This document shows positions 30,838 to 41,297 of a stretch of 64,000 nt of DNA, one piece after another (within the stretch, counting starts at the first letter, position 1; each line of letters starts with the position of its first letter). This DNA comes from Candidatus Cloacimonadales bacterium (GTDB lineage Bacteria > Cloacimonadota > Cloacimonadia > Cloacimonadales > JAFGVF01), in assembly GCA_963663475.2 (NCBI GenBank), contig CAXXJV010000001.1:2048001-2112000 (forward strand), written 5' to 3'. The position numbers and the translations under genes were made by a program. A model generated the notes under the pieces. It did no database searches, was not told the DNA's origin, and saw nothing but the letters and a program-made list of their open reading frames with translations.

Positions 30838-32112
30838 CTATTTAACTTTGGGAATATCTTTCCAGGAAGTTGTATATTTAGGAGAAAGAAGATTACGTCT
30901 CATTTGCCATTTATTTTTGATTCCAAGGCTACCATAAAAGAGAGTATTTTCACCCATTGTATTGTTGATTTTATCTACAATGTCCATGATATCTTTTTGA
31001 GGTCTATCAAGATAAAGAGGATTAAATATATCATAAGGGACATTTTCTTCTGAGGAAATATCAGTTATCATTACCCCAGCTTTTTTATAGAAGAAACCTT
31101 TGCGATAAATTCTTCTTAATATTTTCAAAGCAGCTTCAATGAAATCAGGTGTATAGGCAGTAGGACTAGTAAACTTAAAAGAAGCATTGTTATTGTATTG
31201 AGGTGTTTCTTTGAACCTATTAGTTGATATAAAGACTGAGATAATAGAGGCAACAGAGTTTTGCTTTCTTAACTTCTTTACTGCAGTAGTTGTGTAAGTA
31301 GCAACTGCTTCTTCCATTTCTTGGAGGGTAGATACTGGTTTCCCAAAAGATTTTGAAGATACGATACCTTTTTTAGGTGCAATAATCATATCTAAGTCTA
31401 TACAGGATTGCCCTCTTAATTCTAAGACAGTTTTATGACCTACAGAAGTGAGATATTTATCAATCCATTCATCATTAGAATTTTTTAAATCATAAGCAGT
31501 AAAAATGTTATTATCTACAAGAAATTTTGAATACTGTCTGCCAATTCCCCAAATATCATCAACAGGTACCCTGACTAGCAATCTATCTATATCTTTTTCT
31601 TCAAGAAGATTAAAAACACCATTATACTGCTTGTTTTTCTTAGCTATATGATTAGCTATTTTGGCTAAAGTTTTGGTCGTGGCGATTCCAATAGATACAG
31701 GAATACCAGTTGTTTGTTGAATTTTTAATCTTAATTCCTGCATATAGGCAGTTAAGTCACGGTTACGAAATGAATAAAGTTGGACAAAAGATTCATCAAT
31801 AGAGTAAACTTCTATGTCTGGACAATATTCAGCAATAGTAGTCATTACTCTATTAGACATATCGGCATAGAGGGTATAATTTGAAGAAAATACTTTAATA
31901 CCATGCTTCTTAAAGAGATGGTCATTTTTAAAAGCTGGAGTACCCATGGGAATACCTAAATCTTTAACTTCTTGGGAACGAGCAATTATACAACCATCAT
32001 TATTTGAAAGAACTGCAATAGGAACATTCTCTAAGTCTGGTCTAAAAGCACGTTCACAAGAAGCATAAAAATTATTACAATCAATTAAAGCAAAAATAGT
32101 ATTTTTCTTCAT
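30838..32112 (-). CDS. umuC: Y-family DNA polymerase V catalytic subunit
   Basis: DCNNFYASCE, VLSNNDGC, YSIDE, WGIG, C-terminal WQMRRNLLSPKYTT. Confidence 0.92.
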   Translation of the reverse strand: MKKNTIFALIDCNNFYASCERAFRPDLENVPIAVLSNNDGCIIARSQEVKDLGIPMGTPAFKNDHLFKKHGIKVFSSNYTLYADMSNRVMTTIAEYCPDIEVYSIDESFVQLYSFRNRDLTAYMQELRLKIQQTTGIPVSIGIATTKTLAKIANHIAKKNKQYNGVFNLLEEKDIDRLLVRVPVDDIWGIGRQYSKFLVDNNIFTAYDLKNSNDEWIDKYLTSVGHKTVLELRGQSCIDLDMIIAPKKGIVSSKSFGKPVSTLQEMEEAVATYTTTAVKKLRKQNSVASIISVFISTNRFKETPQYNNNASFKFTSPTAYTPDFIEAALKILRRIYRKGFFYKKAGVMITDISSEENVPYDIFNPLYLDRPQKDIMDIVDKINNTMGENTLFYGSLGIKNKWQMRRNLLSPKYTTSWKDIPKVK

Positions 32113-32114
32113 TA

Positions 32115-32567
32115 TTAGAGTTTATGAATTACGTAGGTAACCACACCCCAGACAGAAAACTGATCATCAGACGTTACTTCAATAATATCAAACTCAGGGT
32201 TTTCAGGTTTAAGATAATAGATACCATTTTCTATAATTAGCCTTTTAACAGTTAGTTCTCCATTCAAAACAGCAATAATAACCTTCTTGTTAACAGCCTC
32301 TAAGGCTCTATCAACAATTAAGATATCATCTGGGAAGATGCCAGCTTCTAACATAGAATAGCCATCAACCCTTACAAAATATGTAGCAGAGGGGTGCTTA
32401 ATTAAGTATTCATTTAAATCTAGACGGTCTTCAATATAGTCTTGAGCTGGTGAGGGAAAACCAGCTGGTATATCTGACCCTAGTAAAGGTCTGACGAGTC
32501 TGGTCTTAGGATCACTCTTGAAGATAGATTTAATTGAACCATCACTTTTAAATTTTGACTTTGGCAT
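32115..32567 (-). CDS. umuD: Pol V autoproteolytic subunit (S24)
   Basis: AGFPSPA cleavage motif, GYSM, TVKRL, WGVV. Confidence 0.9.
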   Translation of the reverse strand: MPKSKFKSDGSIKSIFKSDPKTRLVRPLLGSDIPAGFPSPAQDYIEDRLDLNEYLIKHPSATYFVRVDGYSMLEAGIFPDDILIVDRALEAVNKKVIIAVLNGELTVKRLIIENGIYYLKPENPEFDIIEVTSDDQFSVWGVVTYVIHKL

Positions 32568-32632
32568 TTATTTATTACCTTTTTTTAGTCTGCTAGTCTT
32601 GTCATAACAAACTAAGATAATAGAAGTTTTAG

Positions 32633-33334
32633 TTATGGTCTTTCGCATTTGATATTGATACTTTTATAAGTATCTGAATCTAATTTTAACTCAGCTCTAA
32701 TAGTAACATAAGCATTAGATGTAGGAGCTTTAAAGTTACTGCTAGCAATCCCTTCAACATCAACTCTAGCTACAGGTTGGATAATATAGCCATCTTCAGC
32801 ATTGCTTGCTATAAATTCAACCTCTATATCCATATCAGAAAAATCAATGTTATCACTTGAGACATAGGCTGTTAGGCTTGTTGAAGAAGTTCCATCGGCA
32901 TTAAGAGTGTAAGTTCCTGCAACTAAAGAATCAATTCTTGGGAAATCAAAAATAGGGATATTGAGGGTTGTTTTCTCTGAAGGCCATGTTTCTAAAACAA
33001 ATTCAACATTAGCTATTCCGTATCCATCTCTAGCAAGGAAACGTCCTGAAGCAAATCCTTGGTCATCTGTTAAGAGAGATTGGCTGTTTCCTGTACCAAT
33101 AAAATTACCCATTTGATTGGTAATAGAAACATCAACTCTTCTTTCTATAAGTTTTGAAAGAGGTCCATCTAATTGAATTTCAATCTCCATTTCATTATGT
33201 TCGGGGTGATTAAAGACGTAAGATGGCTGATCATCAGGAATAGAAACATACATTTTAGGGTTTTCGGACCCTCTATCATCACAAGCTGTTAATAGTAACA
33301 AGGTCAACATAATAAGTAATAAAAACTTTTTCAT
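32633..33334 (-). CDS. Lipoprotein with Ig-like (invasin/Big-1-like) domains
   Basis: LTAC lipobox; TDDQGFA and LNADGTSSTSLTA segments. Confidence 0.65.
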   Translation of the reverse strand: MKKFLLLIMLTLLLLTACDDRGSENPKMYVSIPDDQPSYVFNHPEHNEMEIEIQLDGPLSKLIERRVDVSITNQMGNFIGTGNSQSLLTDDQGFASGRFLARDGYGIANVEFVLETWPSEKTTLNIPIFDFPRIDSLVAGTYTLNADGTSSTSLTAYVSSDNIDFSDMDIEVEFIASNAEDGYIIQPVARVDVEGIASSNFKAPTSNAYVTIRAELKLDSDTYKSINIKCERP

Positions 33335-33342
33335 TTTTCCTC

Positions 33343-34230
33343 CTAACCACGTGGGTGGTATAATTTGTGTTCTTCTATCAAGTAATTAATGTTTACATTG
33401 GTGTAAATTTGAGTAGTATCTAAACTTGAGTGACCTAACAGAGTTTGCACAATTCTCAAATTTGCTCCAGCCTCCAAAAGATGAGTAGCAAAAGAGTGCC
33501 TTATAGTATGAGGGGATATATGACTCTTAATCCCCGCTTCTAAAGCACATTTACGTAATATTTTCCAAAATCCCATACGGGTCAATTTTCCTCCTCTATT
33601 GTTTAAAAATAGAGTATCAGTAACTTTATCATTTTTCAATTTAAATCTAGTTACCTTAATGTAATGCAAAAGATATTCCATAGTTGCTTGGGGGATGGGT
33701 AAAAGTCTTTGTTTATTTCCTTTGCCGTGGACTAAGAGATTTTTGTCATTAAGGTAAATGTCATGGGTAGAAAGATCTAAGAGCTCAGAAACTCTTATTC
33801 CAGTTGAATACATTAATTCTAGCATAGTTTTATTACGAAAGCCTAAAGGGCTTGAGCTTTCAATATTATCTAAAAGACTAAACATTTCTTCAACAGATAT
33901 TACATCAGGTAAAGCTCTCTTGAAAGAAATTGAAGGTATGTCTTCAATTTTTACAGCAATATTTATATCTTCTTCAAGTAAGTATAAAAAGAAGTTTTTA
34001 ATTGCAGAAGTTTTCCTAGCAATGGAAGAATTAACTAGACCAATGTCTTGCAATTCTAGGAGATATTTGAGGATATTATCATTTGTAATATCTTTTATAT
34101 CTTTATCAAAATAGTTGATAAAATCGTTCAAATCAGATTTATAAGAAGCAATAGAGTTATCTGATAGCCCTTTCTCTATTTTGATGTAATAGACATAATT
34201 ATTCATTAATGCTTTATTTATATTATTCAT
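33343..34230 (-). CDS. xerD: Site-specific tyrosine recombinase XerD
   Basis: TGIRVSEL, GKGNKQR, LTRMGFW, SPHTIRHSFATHLL, LGH, TTQIY. Confidence 0.85.
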   Translation of the reverse strand: MNNINKALMNNYVYYIKIEKGLSDNSIASYKSDLNDFINYFDKDIKDITNDNILKYLLELQDIGLVNSSIARKTSAIKNFFLYLLEEDINIAVKIEDIPSISFKRALPDVISVEEMFSLLDNIESSSPLGFRNKTMLELMYSTGIRVSELLDLSTHDIYLNDKNLLVHGKGNKQRLLPIPQATMEYLLHYIKVTRFKLKNDKVTDTLFLNNRGGKLTRMGFWKILRKCALEAGIKSHISPHTIRHSFATHLLEAGANLRIVQTLLGHSSLDTTQIYTNVNINYLIEEHKLYHPRG

Positions 34231-34265
34231 AAATTCATTATATATTTATTGAAAAAAATAGCAAG

Positions 34266-34302
34266 AAAAAAAACAATGGAATTATAAGAATTCCATTGTT
34301 TT
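34266..34302 (-). terminator. Terminator downstream of guaB (potentially bidirectional)
   Basis: 14-bp stem AAAACAATGGAATT/AATTCCATTGTTTT. Confidence 0.7.
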
Positions 34303-34321
34303 GTCTATCTTAGTCTAGTAA

Positions 34322-35782
34322 TTAATCTATTGTATAATTAGGAGTTTCTTTAGTTATTTTTACATCATGGGGGTGAGATTCTTTCAAACCTGCTCCCGAT
34401 ATCTCCATAAACTCAGCTCTCTTATGTAAATCTTCAATGGTTTCAGCTCCACAATAACCCATACCTGCTCTTAGGCCACCTACTAATTGGTGGAGATAAT
34501 CTTTCAAAGGTCCTTTGTAAGGAACCATTCCTTCAATTCCTTCAGCTACAAGTTTTTGATTATCTGAAGTAGTTTCTTGGAAATATCTATCTTTAGAACC
34601 TTTTTGCATTGCTCCTATTGATCCCATTCCACGGTAAGATTTAAATCTTCTACCATTATAAATTATGTATTCTCCTGGTGATTCATCAGTGCCTGCGAAG
34701 AGAGAACCAAGCATAACTGCATTTGCTCCACCAGCAATTGCTTTAACTATGTCACCTGAGAATTTAATACCACCGTCAGCTATAACAGGAATTCCATGTT
34801 TTGCTGCTACTTCGGCACATTCCATAACTGCGGTAAGTTGAGGAACTCCAATACCAGCCACTACTCTAGTAGTACATATAGAACCTGGGCCAATACCAAC
34901 TTTGATAGCACTTGCACCACAATCTATTAGATATTTTGCTGCTTCAGGAGTTGCAATATTACCAGCAATTACATCTGATTTAATTTTAGCCATTACAGTA
35001 GTAAGGGCATTTCTGATATTAATATGATGGCCATGAGCTGTGTCAATGACGATGATATCAGCTCCTTTATCAGATAATTCCATAGCTCTTTCTAGGAAAT
35101 CTCCAGAAACACCAATTGCTGCACCTACGAGAAGTCTATCTTTTTTATCTTTAGCTGCCTTAGGATAGTTTTGATGATTCTTGATATCTCTAATTGTTAC
35201 CATTCCTTGAAGTTCAAAATTATCATTTACAAGTGGAAGTTTTTCAACACGATGATTATGCATTAAATCTTGAGCTTCTGGGAGTGATATTCCTTCTTTA
35301 CCTACAATTAGTCTATCTTTTTTAGTCATAATTTCAGAAACTTTTCTGGAAAGATTATTCTCAAACTGTAAGTCTCTATTGGTGACAATACCTACAAGTT
35401 TTCCATCTTTAACAACAGGAAAGCCACCAACATTATGATTATTTTTTAATTCAAAAGCTTTTTTAATCTCATCATCAGGAGATAGAGTATAAGGTTTGAT
35501 TATTATCCCACTTTCATTACGTTTTACCAGTCTAACCTGTTCAGCTTGTTCTTCTATTGATAAATTCTTATGAATGATTCCTATTCCACCTTCACGAGCC
35601 ATGGCGATTGCCATTTTACTTTCAGTAACTGTATCCATGGCAGCAGAAATAATGGGAATATTAAGATGAACATTTTTAGAAATATATGTCTTTGTAGAAA
35701 CAGTAGCAGGTAAGACATTCGAACTCTGGGGTATAAGCAAAACATCGTCAAAAGTGTAGCCTTTTTTAGTTATCTTCTTCAT
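34322..35782 (-). CDS. guaB: IMP dehydrogenase
   Basis: [11 protein letters not shown] pair, [17 protein letters not shown]. Confidence 0.97.
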   Translation of the reverse strand: MKKITKKGYTFDDVLLIPQSSNVLPATVSTKTYISKNVHLNIPIISAAMDTVTESKMAIAMAREGGIGIIHKNLSIEEQAEQVRLVKRNESGIIIKPYTLSPDDEIKKAFELKNNHNVGGFPVVKDGKLVGIVTNRDLQFENNLSRKVSEIMTKKDRLIVGKEGISLPEAQDLMHNHRVEKLPLVNDNFELQGMVTIRDIKNHQNYPKAAKDKKDRLLVGAAIGVSGDFLERAMELSDKGADIIVIDTAHGHHINIRNALTTVMAKIKSDVIAGNIATPEAAKYLIDCGASAIKVGIGPGSICTTRVVAGIGVPQLTAVMECAEVAAKHGIPVIADGGIKFSGDIVKAIAGGANAVMLGSLFAGTDESPGEYIIYNGRRFKSYRGMGSIGAMQKGSKDRYFQETTSDNQKLVAEGIEGMVPYKGPLKDYLHQLVGGLRAGMGYCGAETIEDLHKRAEFMEISGAGLKESHPHDVKITKETPNYTID

Positions 35783-35821
35783 AATATTTATCCTTTATGG
35801 TTTTCTTTATTAATTATTTGT

Positions 35822-35847
35822 AAAAAAAATACCGTCGCGAAACGGTA
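35822..35847 (-). terminator. Probable terminator after panC
   Basis: ATACCGT/ACGGTAT stem followed by a T-run on the minus strand. Confidence 0.55.
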
Positions 35848-35853
35848 TAAGCT

Positions 35854-36687
35854 TTAGATTTCAATATTATCAATTAGTCGAGTGTTGCCTAAGAAGACAG
35901 CAACTAGTAATCTGTTACCCTTCCTTACAAGTGCAAGCTCTTCAAGAGTTTCCGAATCTACAATTTTTAAGTAATCTATTTTAAATCCCTTACTTACTAG
36001 CATATCTTCTAATTTAGCTAAGATATCATTGGGACTATATTCTTCTGCACGGACAAGTTCTTTTACCTTTAGCATTGATTTATAAAGATGGGGGGCAATG
36101 GTTGCTTCCTTGTCTGATAAATAACGATTCCTAGAACTTAGGGCAAGGCCTTGATCAGAACGGACAATTGGACAGCGAACTATTCTAGTTTCCAGGTTTA
36201 GATCTCTTAACATAGTTTCAAGGACTACAATTTGTTGGAAGTCTTTTTCTCCCATGAACATGAGGGTTGGTTTTACTAAGTTGACTAGTTTAAGAACAAT
36301 GGTAGCTACTCCTGTAAAATGTCCAGGCCTACTTGCTCCGCAGAGAACATTAGTAATTGAATCAACATTCACCCAGGTCTTATAGCTAGGAGGATACATA
36401 GCTTCTGCAGTTGGTAGGAAGATATAATCTACTCCCAAGTTTTGGAGGGCTTGATAGTCAGCTTCAAAGGTTTTAGGATAGCGAGAAAAATCTTCATTAG
36501 GGCCAAACTGGCTAGGGTTAACAAAGATGGATACTATACTTATATCACAAGCAGCAAGAGATTTCTTAACTAGGTCAAGGTGGCCTTGGTGGAGGGCTCC
36601 CATAGTAGGGACAAAACCAATTTTATGGCCATGATGCCAGTTGTGAGACAGATTAGTCATTTCTTTAAGGCTATCAATAACTTGCAT
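35854..36687 (-). CDS. panC: Pantoate-beta-alanine ligase
   Basis: VPTMGALHQGH, RPGHF, GEKDFQQ, LSSRN, RLIDN. Confidence 0.97.
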   Translation of the reverse strand: MQVIDSLKEMTNLSHNWHHGHKIGFVPTMGALHQGHLDLVKKSLAACDISIVSIFVNPSQFGPNEDFSRYPKTFEADYQALQNLGVDYIFLPTAEAMYPPSYKTWVNVDSITNVLCGASRPGHFTGVATIVLKLVNLVKPTLMFMGEKDFQQIVVLETMLRDLNLETRIVRCPIVRSDQGLALSSRNRYLSDKEATIAPHLYKSMLKVKELVRAEEYSPNDILAKLEDMLVSKGFKIDYLKIVDSETLEELALVRKGNRLLVAVFLGNTRLIDNIEI

Positions 36688-37043
36688 TATCTTTCCTCGA
36701 TAATTTTATTATCATCATCTACAATAACTACTTTTGGCTGATGATTTTTTGCTTCTTCTTCGTTAAGTAAGCCATAGTTAACAATAATCACTTTATCGTT
36801 TAGGTCAACCATATGGGCTGCAGCACCATTAACACCTATAATACCTGAACCATATTCTCCAGGTATGATATAGGTTGAGAATCTTTTTCCATTATTTATA
36901 TTGTATATCCATACTTCTTCATTAAGTTGCATACCAGTAGCTTCAATAAGTTGAGTATCAATAGTGATACTACCTACATAATTAAGGTCTGTTTCGGTTA
37001 CTGTTGCCCTATGAATTTTAGATATTAGATAAGATCTAAGCAT
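36687..37043 (-). CDS. panD: Aspartate 1-decarboxylase
   Basis: KIHRATVT, YVGSITID, NGAAA. Confidence 0.96.
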   Translation of the reverse strand: MLRSYLISKIHRATVTETDLNYVGSITIDTQLIEATGMQLNEEVWIYNINNGKRFSTYIIPGEYGSGIIGVNGAAAHMVDLNDKVIIVNYGLLNEEEAKNHQPKVVIVDDDNKIIEER

Positions 37044-37107
37044 TTATTTACTCCATACATAATTTGCTTGTCATATTTTTCTAGCTAGACTTTTTGTAAA
37101 TATTTTT

Positions 37108-38679
37108 CTAATCTTTTTTCTTGATGAGTCTTCCAAGTTTAAGTTTTTGCCAGATAATCTCTGCATACTCAAGTCTGATTAAATAAGAACCAAGACTAAG
37201 AACTAAGAGGAATAAAAGGCCATTTACGCTTAGTCTTGTGATAGACAAGAAAAAGCTACTACCTACTATAAAGTAATTAATTAGATGATTTAAGCCATAG
37301 ATGATTAGAGAAAGTAGTAATATTTTTATTATGTTAGAAAGAAATGAACGAAGTTTAATGTAAGAGAATTTGTGCTTAATTACTAAAGTCATTATTATTA
37401 GTTGAATCAAACCAGTTAGAGAAGTAGCCAGGGCAATTCCGATATGTTGTAGATAATAAATTAGAATAATGTTCAATCCAATATTAACAGCAACCATAAT
37501 AGAGGTTATAATAACAGGAGTCTTGGTATCACCTGAAGCAAAGAAGAGGGGAGTAAGAGTTTGATTAATAGCAAAGAATACTAAGCCGAATGAGTAGAAG
37601 ATAAAGGATTCATAGGTAAGTTGAGAAGCTACAGCATCGAAGTTACCTCTTTGGAAAAGTAGTTTAATGATATCAAGGCCAGTTCCAATCAAGAAAAATG
37701 TTACAGGAACTAATAAGTAAATTAAGGATATGAGGGTAAAACGGATTCTCTCTGACAAGTCTTGCCATTTTTCTTCAACCATAAGGCGGGAGAAAAGGGG
37801 TAAAACAGCAGTACCCGTAGATACACCAAAGATACCTAATGGCATCTGCATTAATCTTGCTCCGTAGCGTAAGCAAGTAATGGCACCAAGGGGTAAGAAG
37901 CTTGCGAAATAAATATCTGCAAGCAGGTTTATCTGTCTAACTCCGATTCCTATAACCCCAGGAATAAATCTTTTTCCTAAGATTTTCAAGTTATCACTAT
38001 GGAGGTTAATATAGATTTTGAAGTTATAACCAACTTGTCTTAAAAAAGGAAAGTTAATAATAGTTTGCAGTAAGCCACCTATTAATACTCCATAGCCTGC
38101 GTAATAGATTAAAGATTCTGCATCTAAGGCAAAGATAAGGGCGGGAAGTCCTACAGAAAGAATAATTCCTAAATTATATAAGCCAGAGGAAAGGCCTGTC
38201 ATAAAGAATTTATTATGAGAGTTAAGAATAGCTATCATAGTTGAGGAAAGACCAATAAAGAATAGATAAGGAAAGATTAATCTGGTTAATTTAATTGTAA
38301 GAATGGCAGTTTTGTTGGGAAGTCCTGGAGAGATTAAATTAACAATTGCTGGTGCAAAAATAACACCAAGCAGGGTAAGGAGGCTAAGTAATAGGGTAAG
38401 GAGAGATAGCATATTTAAGGCGAATTTAACCTGCTCTTCTCTTCCTTTATCTGAAGCTATTTTATTGTAGATTGGTACAAAGGCAGCAGAAAGAGCTCCT
38501 TCACCAAAGAGTCTTCTTAAAAGATTAGGTATGTTAATAGCAATTTGGAAGGCATCATTTAGATAGCTAGCACCAAAAAAGAAGCCCATTACTTGGTCTC
38601 TAACTAATCCTAAAATTCTACTTAGTGAGACAGCTATTGACATGATTGAAATATTCTTAGCTAGTTTTGCATTACTCAT
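37108..38679 (-). CDS. murJ: Lipid II flippase
   Basis: SRILGLVRD, PNLLRRLFGEGALSAAFVP; many TM helices. Confidence 0.93.
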   Translation of the reverse strand: MSNAKLAKNISIMSIAVSLSRILGLVRDQVMGFFFGASYLNDAFQIAINIPNLLRRLFGEGALSAAFVPIYNKIASDKGREEQVKFALNMLSLLTLLLSLLTLLGVIFAPAIVNLISPGLPNKTAILTIKLTRLIFPYLFFIGLSSTMIAILNSHNKFFMTGLSSGLYNLGIILSVGLPALIFALDAESLIYYAGYGVLIGGLLQTIINFPFLRQVGYNFKIYINLHSDNLKILGKRFIPGVIGIGVRQINLLADIYFASFLPLGAITCLRYGARLMQMPLGIFGVSTGTAVLPLFSRLMVEEKWQDLSERIRFTLISLIYLLVPVTFFLIGTGLDIIKLLFQRGNFDAVASQLTYESFIFYSFGLVFFAINQTLTPLFFASGDTKTPVIITSIMVAVNIGLNIILIYYLQHIGIALATSLTGLIQLIIMTLVIKHKFSYIKLRSFLSNIIKILLLSLIIYGLNHLINYFIVGSSFFLSITRLSVNGLLFLLVLSLGSYLIRLEYAEIIWQKLKLGRLIKKKD

Positions 38680-38687
38680 AAGTCCTC

Positions 38688-39077
38688 TTATTTTAAAATA
38701 TGTTTGATAACCTTACTATCATCTTTATCTATGATAATTATCTCAACCTGATTAGGAACACAGATTATGGGAAAAGAACTTGTCCATCCTTGCTCTACAC
38801 ACAGTTGATTGGGACAATTATTCTTTAGCATTCTAACTTGTTGATCAGCTATTTGTACTTCTATATTATCGTTAATTTTGATTATTCTATCCTTATTGAG
38901 GGGGTATTCTCCCACAAGTTTATTCTGATAGTTTATCCTAACAAAGTGATTTGAATTATTTGATAGATTAGTTATAAAAAGATAGATAGTCAGTATAAGA
39001 ATTATGCTGATGAGGATTAAATCACTAAGAGTAAAATATTTAGATGATTTCTTGAGCTTTCTTAGAAGATTAGTCAT
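38688..39077 (-). CDS. NusG domain II-containing protein
   Basis: N-terminal TM; CPNQLCVEQG...IICVPN. Confidence 0.8.
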   Translation of the reverse strand: MTNLLRKLKKSSKYFTLSDLILISIILILTIYLFITNLSNNSNHFVRINYQNKLVGEYPLNKDRIIKINDNIEVQIADQQVRMLKNNCPNQLCVEQGWTSSFPIICVPNQVEIIIIDKDDSKVIKHILK

Positions 39078-39082
39078 TTTAC

Positions 39083-40312
39083 TTAATTGGAAGTGATTTT
39101 TTGATAAATCTTAGCAAACTCACGAAGATTAAGGTCAAGGGCATTTGAGTTTTTACTTAAAGTAAGGTTAGCCTTAGCACCAATTTCTTTAGTAGAATGA
39201 TAGTTTTCAATCATAAAACGTAAATCACTTTCTAGCTTGTCGTCTTTACTAATGATTATTGCTCCATTTTCACTCAGCTTATCAACACTGTCTTGACAGG
39301 AAGAATGGTATTGACCTATAATAGTAGGTTTCGAGTAGAAGGCTGGTTCAAGGGGATTATGTCCACCAAAGTCACAGAATGAACCACCAACAATACTAAT
39401 ATCGCTGATTGCATAGAATTGATTTAGAACTCCCATAGCATCAACCAGTAAGATTGCTTTACCAGGAGTAAAGTTACTGAGAGTAGAATAATCATCACAC
39501 TCTAAAATCGCTTGAACTTCTTTTACCCTAGTAATATGTCTCAATACTAGGATTAACTTAAGACTTGGGTAGTCTTCTTTTAACTTAAAGAAACTATTTA
39601 TCATCAAGACTTCTTCTCCTGGGCGGGATGATCCCCAGGTTATAATTAAATCATCTTTACTAAAGCCATATTTTGAGCGAATTTCATCTGAATTATATTT
39701 AGGGAGATCAACACAGAATTTAAGATTACCTCCCAGCACCACATTCTTTGCTCCAATTTCTTCGAATCTCTCTTTATCAAGTTGAGATTGGGCCAGAATA
39801 AGATCAATTTTTTCAAGTAAGGGTTTGAATATTCTTTTATGCTTTAAGTAACGAGGATAAGAACGATTGGAAATTCTAGCATTAGACAGCATTATGGGAA
39901 TTGAAAGTCTTGAACATTCATTAATCATAGAAAACCATAATTCAGTTTCTGCAAGAATTAACATTTTAGGTTTGATTTTCTTGATGAATCTTTTTACTAA
40001 GAAAGAAGAATCAAAAGGAACTAAACTTGTTATGATCTTAGGGGAAATCTTCTTTGCTTCATTTCTTCCAGTAGGTGTCATTGTGGTTATTAAAATATTT
40101 TCCTGTGGGTAATCTTCTAAGATTTTCAGAATAAATGGCTTTAGTCCATTGATTTCACCCACGGAGGCAGCATGAATCCAGATAGAATCACTTAAACTTG
40201 GAAGTAAGGCTCTGGTATGCTCTTTTAATCGTTTGTTAAAGAGAGCAATGGGGCAGAGAAAAGCTCCAATAATATTGGAAATAGGACGATAAATTAAGTT
40301 ATATAGTTTCAT
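39083..40312 (-). CDS. waaA: Kdo transferase
   Basis: WIHAASVGE, ETELW, NARIS, GNLKF, GGHNPLEPA. Confidence 0.93.
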   Translation of the reverse strand: MKLYNLIYRPISNIIGAFLCPIALFNKRLKEHTRALLPSLSDSIWIHAASVGEINGLKPFILKILEDYPQENILITTMTPTGRNEAKKISPKIITSLVPFDSSFLVKRFIKKIKPKMLILAETELWFSMINECSRLSIPIMLSNARISNRSYPRYLKHKRIFKPLLEKIDLILAQSQLDKERFEEIGAKNVVLGGNLKFCVDLPKYNSDEIRSKYGFSKDDLIITWGSSRPGEEVLMINSFFKLKEDYPSLKLILVLRHITRVKEVQAILECDDYSTLSNFTPGKAILLVDAMGVLNQFYAISDISIVGGSFCDFGGHNPLEPAFYSKPTIIGQYHSSCQDSVDKLSENGAIIISKDDKLESDLRFMIENYHSTKEIGAKANLTLSKNSNALDLNLREFAKIYQKITSN

Positions 40313-40345
40313 CTCTTATAAAATATTAATAAAGATTAAAAATAC

Positions 40346-40372
40346 AAAAAAAGCCGTTATTTAAAACGGCTT
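40346..40372 (-). terminator. Terminator of the tRNA cluster
   Basis: AAGCCGTT/AACGGCTT stem followed by a T-run on the minus strand. Confidence 0.75.
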
Positions 40373-40379
40373 AAATTTC

Positions 40380-40456
40380 TGGCGGGAGTGACGGGACTCG
40401 AACTCGCGACCTTCTGCGTGACAGGCAGACGTTCTAACCAACTGAACTACACCCCC
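40380..40456 (-). tRNA. tRNA-Asp(GTC)
   Basis: 77-nt cloverleaf, anticodon arm TCTGC-CTGTCAC-GCAGA, discriminator G, encoded CCA. Confidence 0.97.
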
Positions 40457-40490
40457 AACTTATAATTGGAAAATTTGCGTTAATAAAAAA

Positions 40491-40567
40491 TGGCGGGAGT
40501 GACGGGACTCGAACTCGCGACCTTCTGCGTGACAGGCAGACGTTCTAACCAACTGAACTACACCCCC
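40491..40567 (-). tRNA. tRNA-Asp(GTC)
   Basis: Identical to 40380-40456. Confidence 0.97.
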
Positions 40568-40625
40568 GAATTGGGTATTCTTTATTAACTATATCTTAAA
40601 ACCTTGGTTCTTTCTAAATTAGAAA

Positions 40626-40702
40626 TGGCGGGAGTGACGGGACTCGAACTCGCGACCTTCTGCGTGACAGGCAGACGTTCTAACCAACTGAACTACACCC
40701 CC
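40626..40702 (-). tRNA. tRNA-Asp(GTC)
   Basis: Identical to 40380-40456. Confidence 0.97.
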
Positions 40703-41204
40703 AAAGGTTTTTGTTTCAAATATCTATCATCAGTAACGATGTTTAACCTTTTTACTAAGGTGTGGGTTTTATGTCAATACTTTTTTTAAAAATATTTTTT
40801 ATGGCAGATGAGGTAATTTAGCTATAATACTGGAAAATAAGAGGATAAATTAAGAAAAAATACATTGATAATAATAAAAAAAGAACTATGAATACTAATC
40901 CTAAATGGGGAAACAAAGCTCATAACTACTTCTTGTTCTCAAAAAAATCCAGTAAAGCTAGGTCTCTAGAACTGATTTTTCTTAAAGAATGAATCTACAA
41001 ATTTCTTAATACCTAATAAAGCATAGCTCTTTGTGAATAGTGCTATATTCTTATGCAAAAGTGACTGATTTATAATGAAGTCTATGCTGACATTATTTTT
41101 GGAAATTAACTGGAGGCTTGTAACATTATCAATAACAACCAATTATGGCATTTTCAATGAGATTTACCTGTTTTTTTACTCTATACAAGTAGAAGGATGC
41201 TTAA

Positions 41205-41297
41205 ACCCGAATAATGCAGTAGACCTTTGCGAATAGCAGAATCTTTTTTTTGCAAAAGAATCTGCACTCTTCCCTAAAATCCTACTGTACCTTTGGA
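41205..41297 (+). mobile_element. MITE-like element, copy D
   Basis: ACCCGAATAATGCAGTAGACCTTTGCGAATAGCAGAATC...GCACTCTTC...CTACTGTACCTTTGGA. Confidence 0.7.

Noticed and set aside
33343-34230. Tyrosine recombinase as a phage or integron integrase
   Set aside because: XerD-type motifs and size, housekeeping context, no IntI insertion or att sites seen.
40380-40702. Three identical repeats with unique spacers as a CRISPR array
   Set aside because: The repeats are 77-nt tRNA-Asp genes and no cas genes are present.
40604-40789. 61-aa ORF
   Set aside because: Antisense shadow of a tRNA gene.
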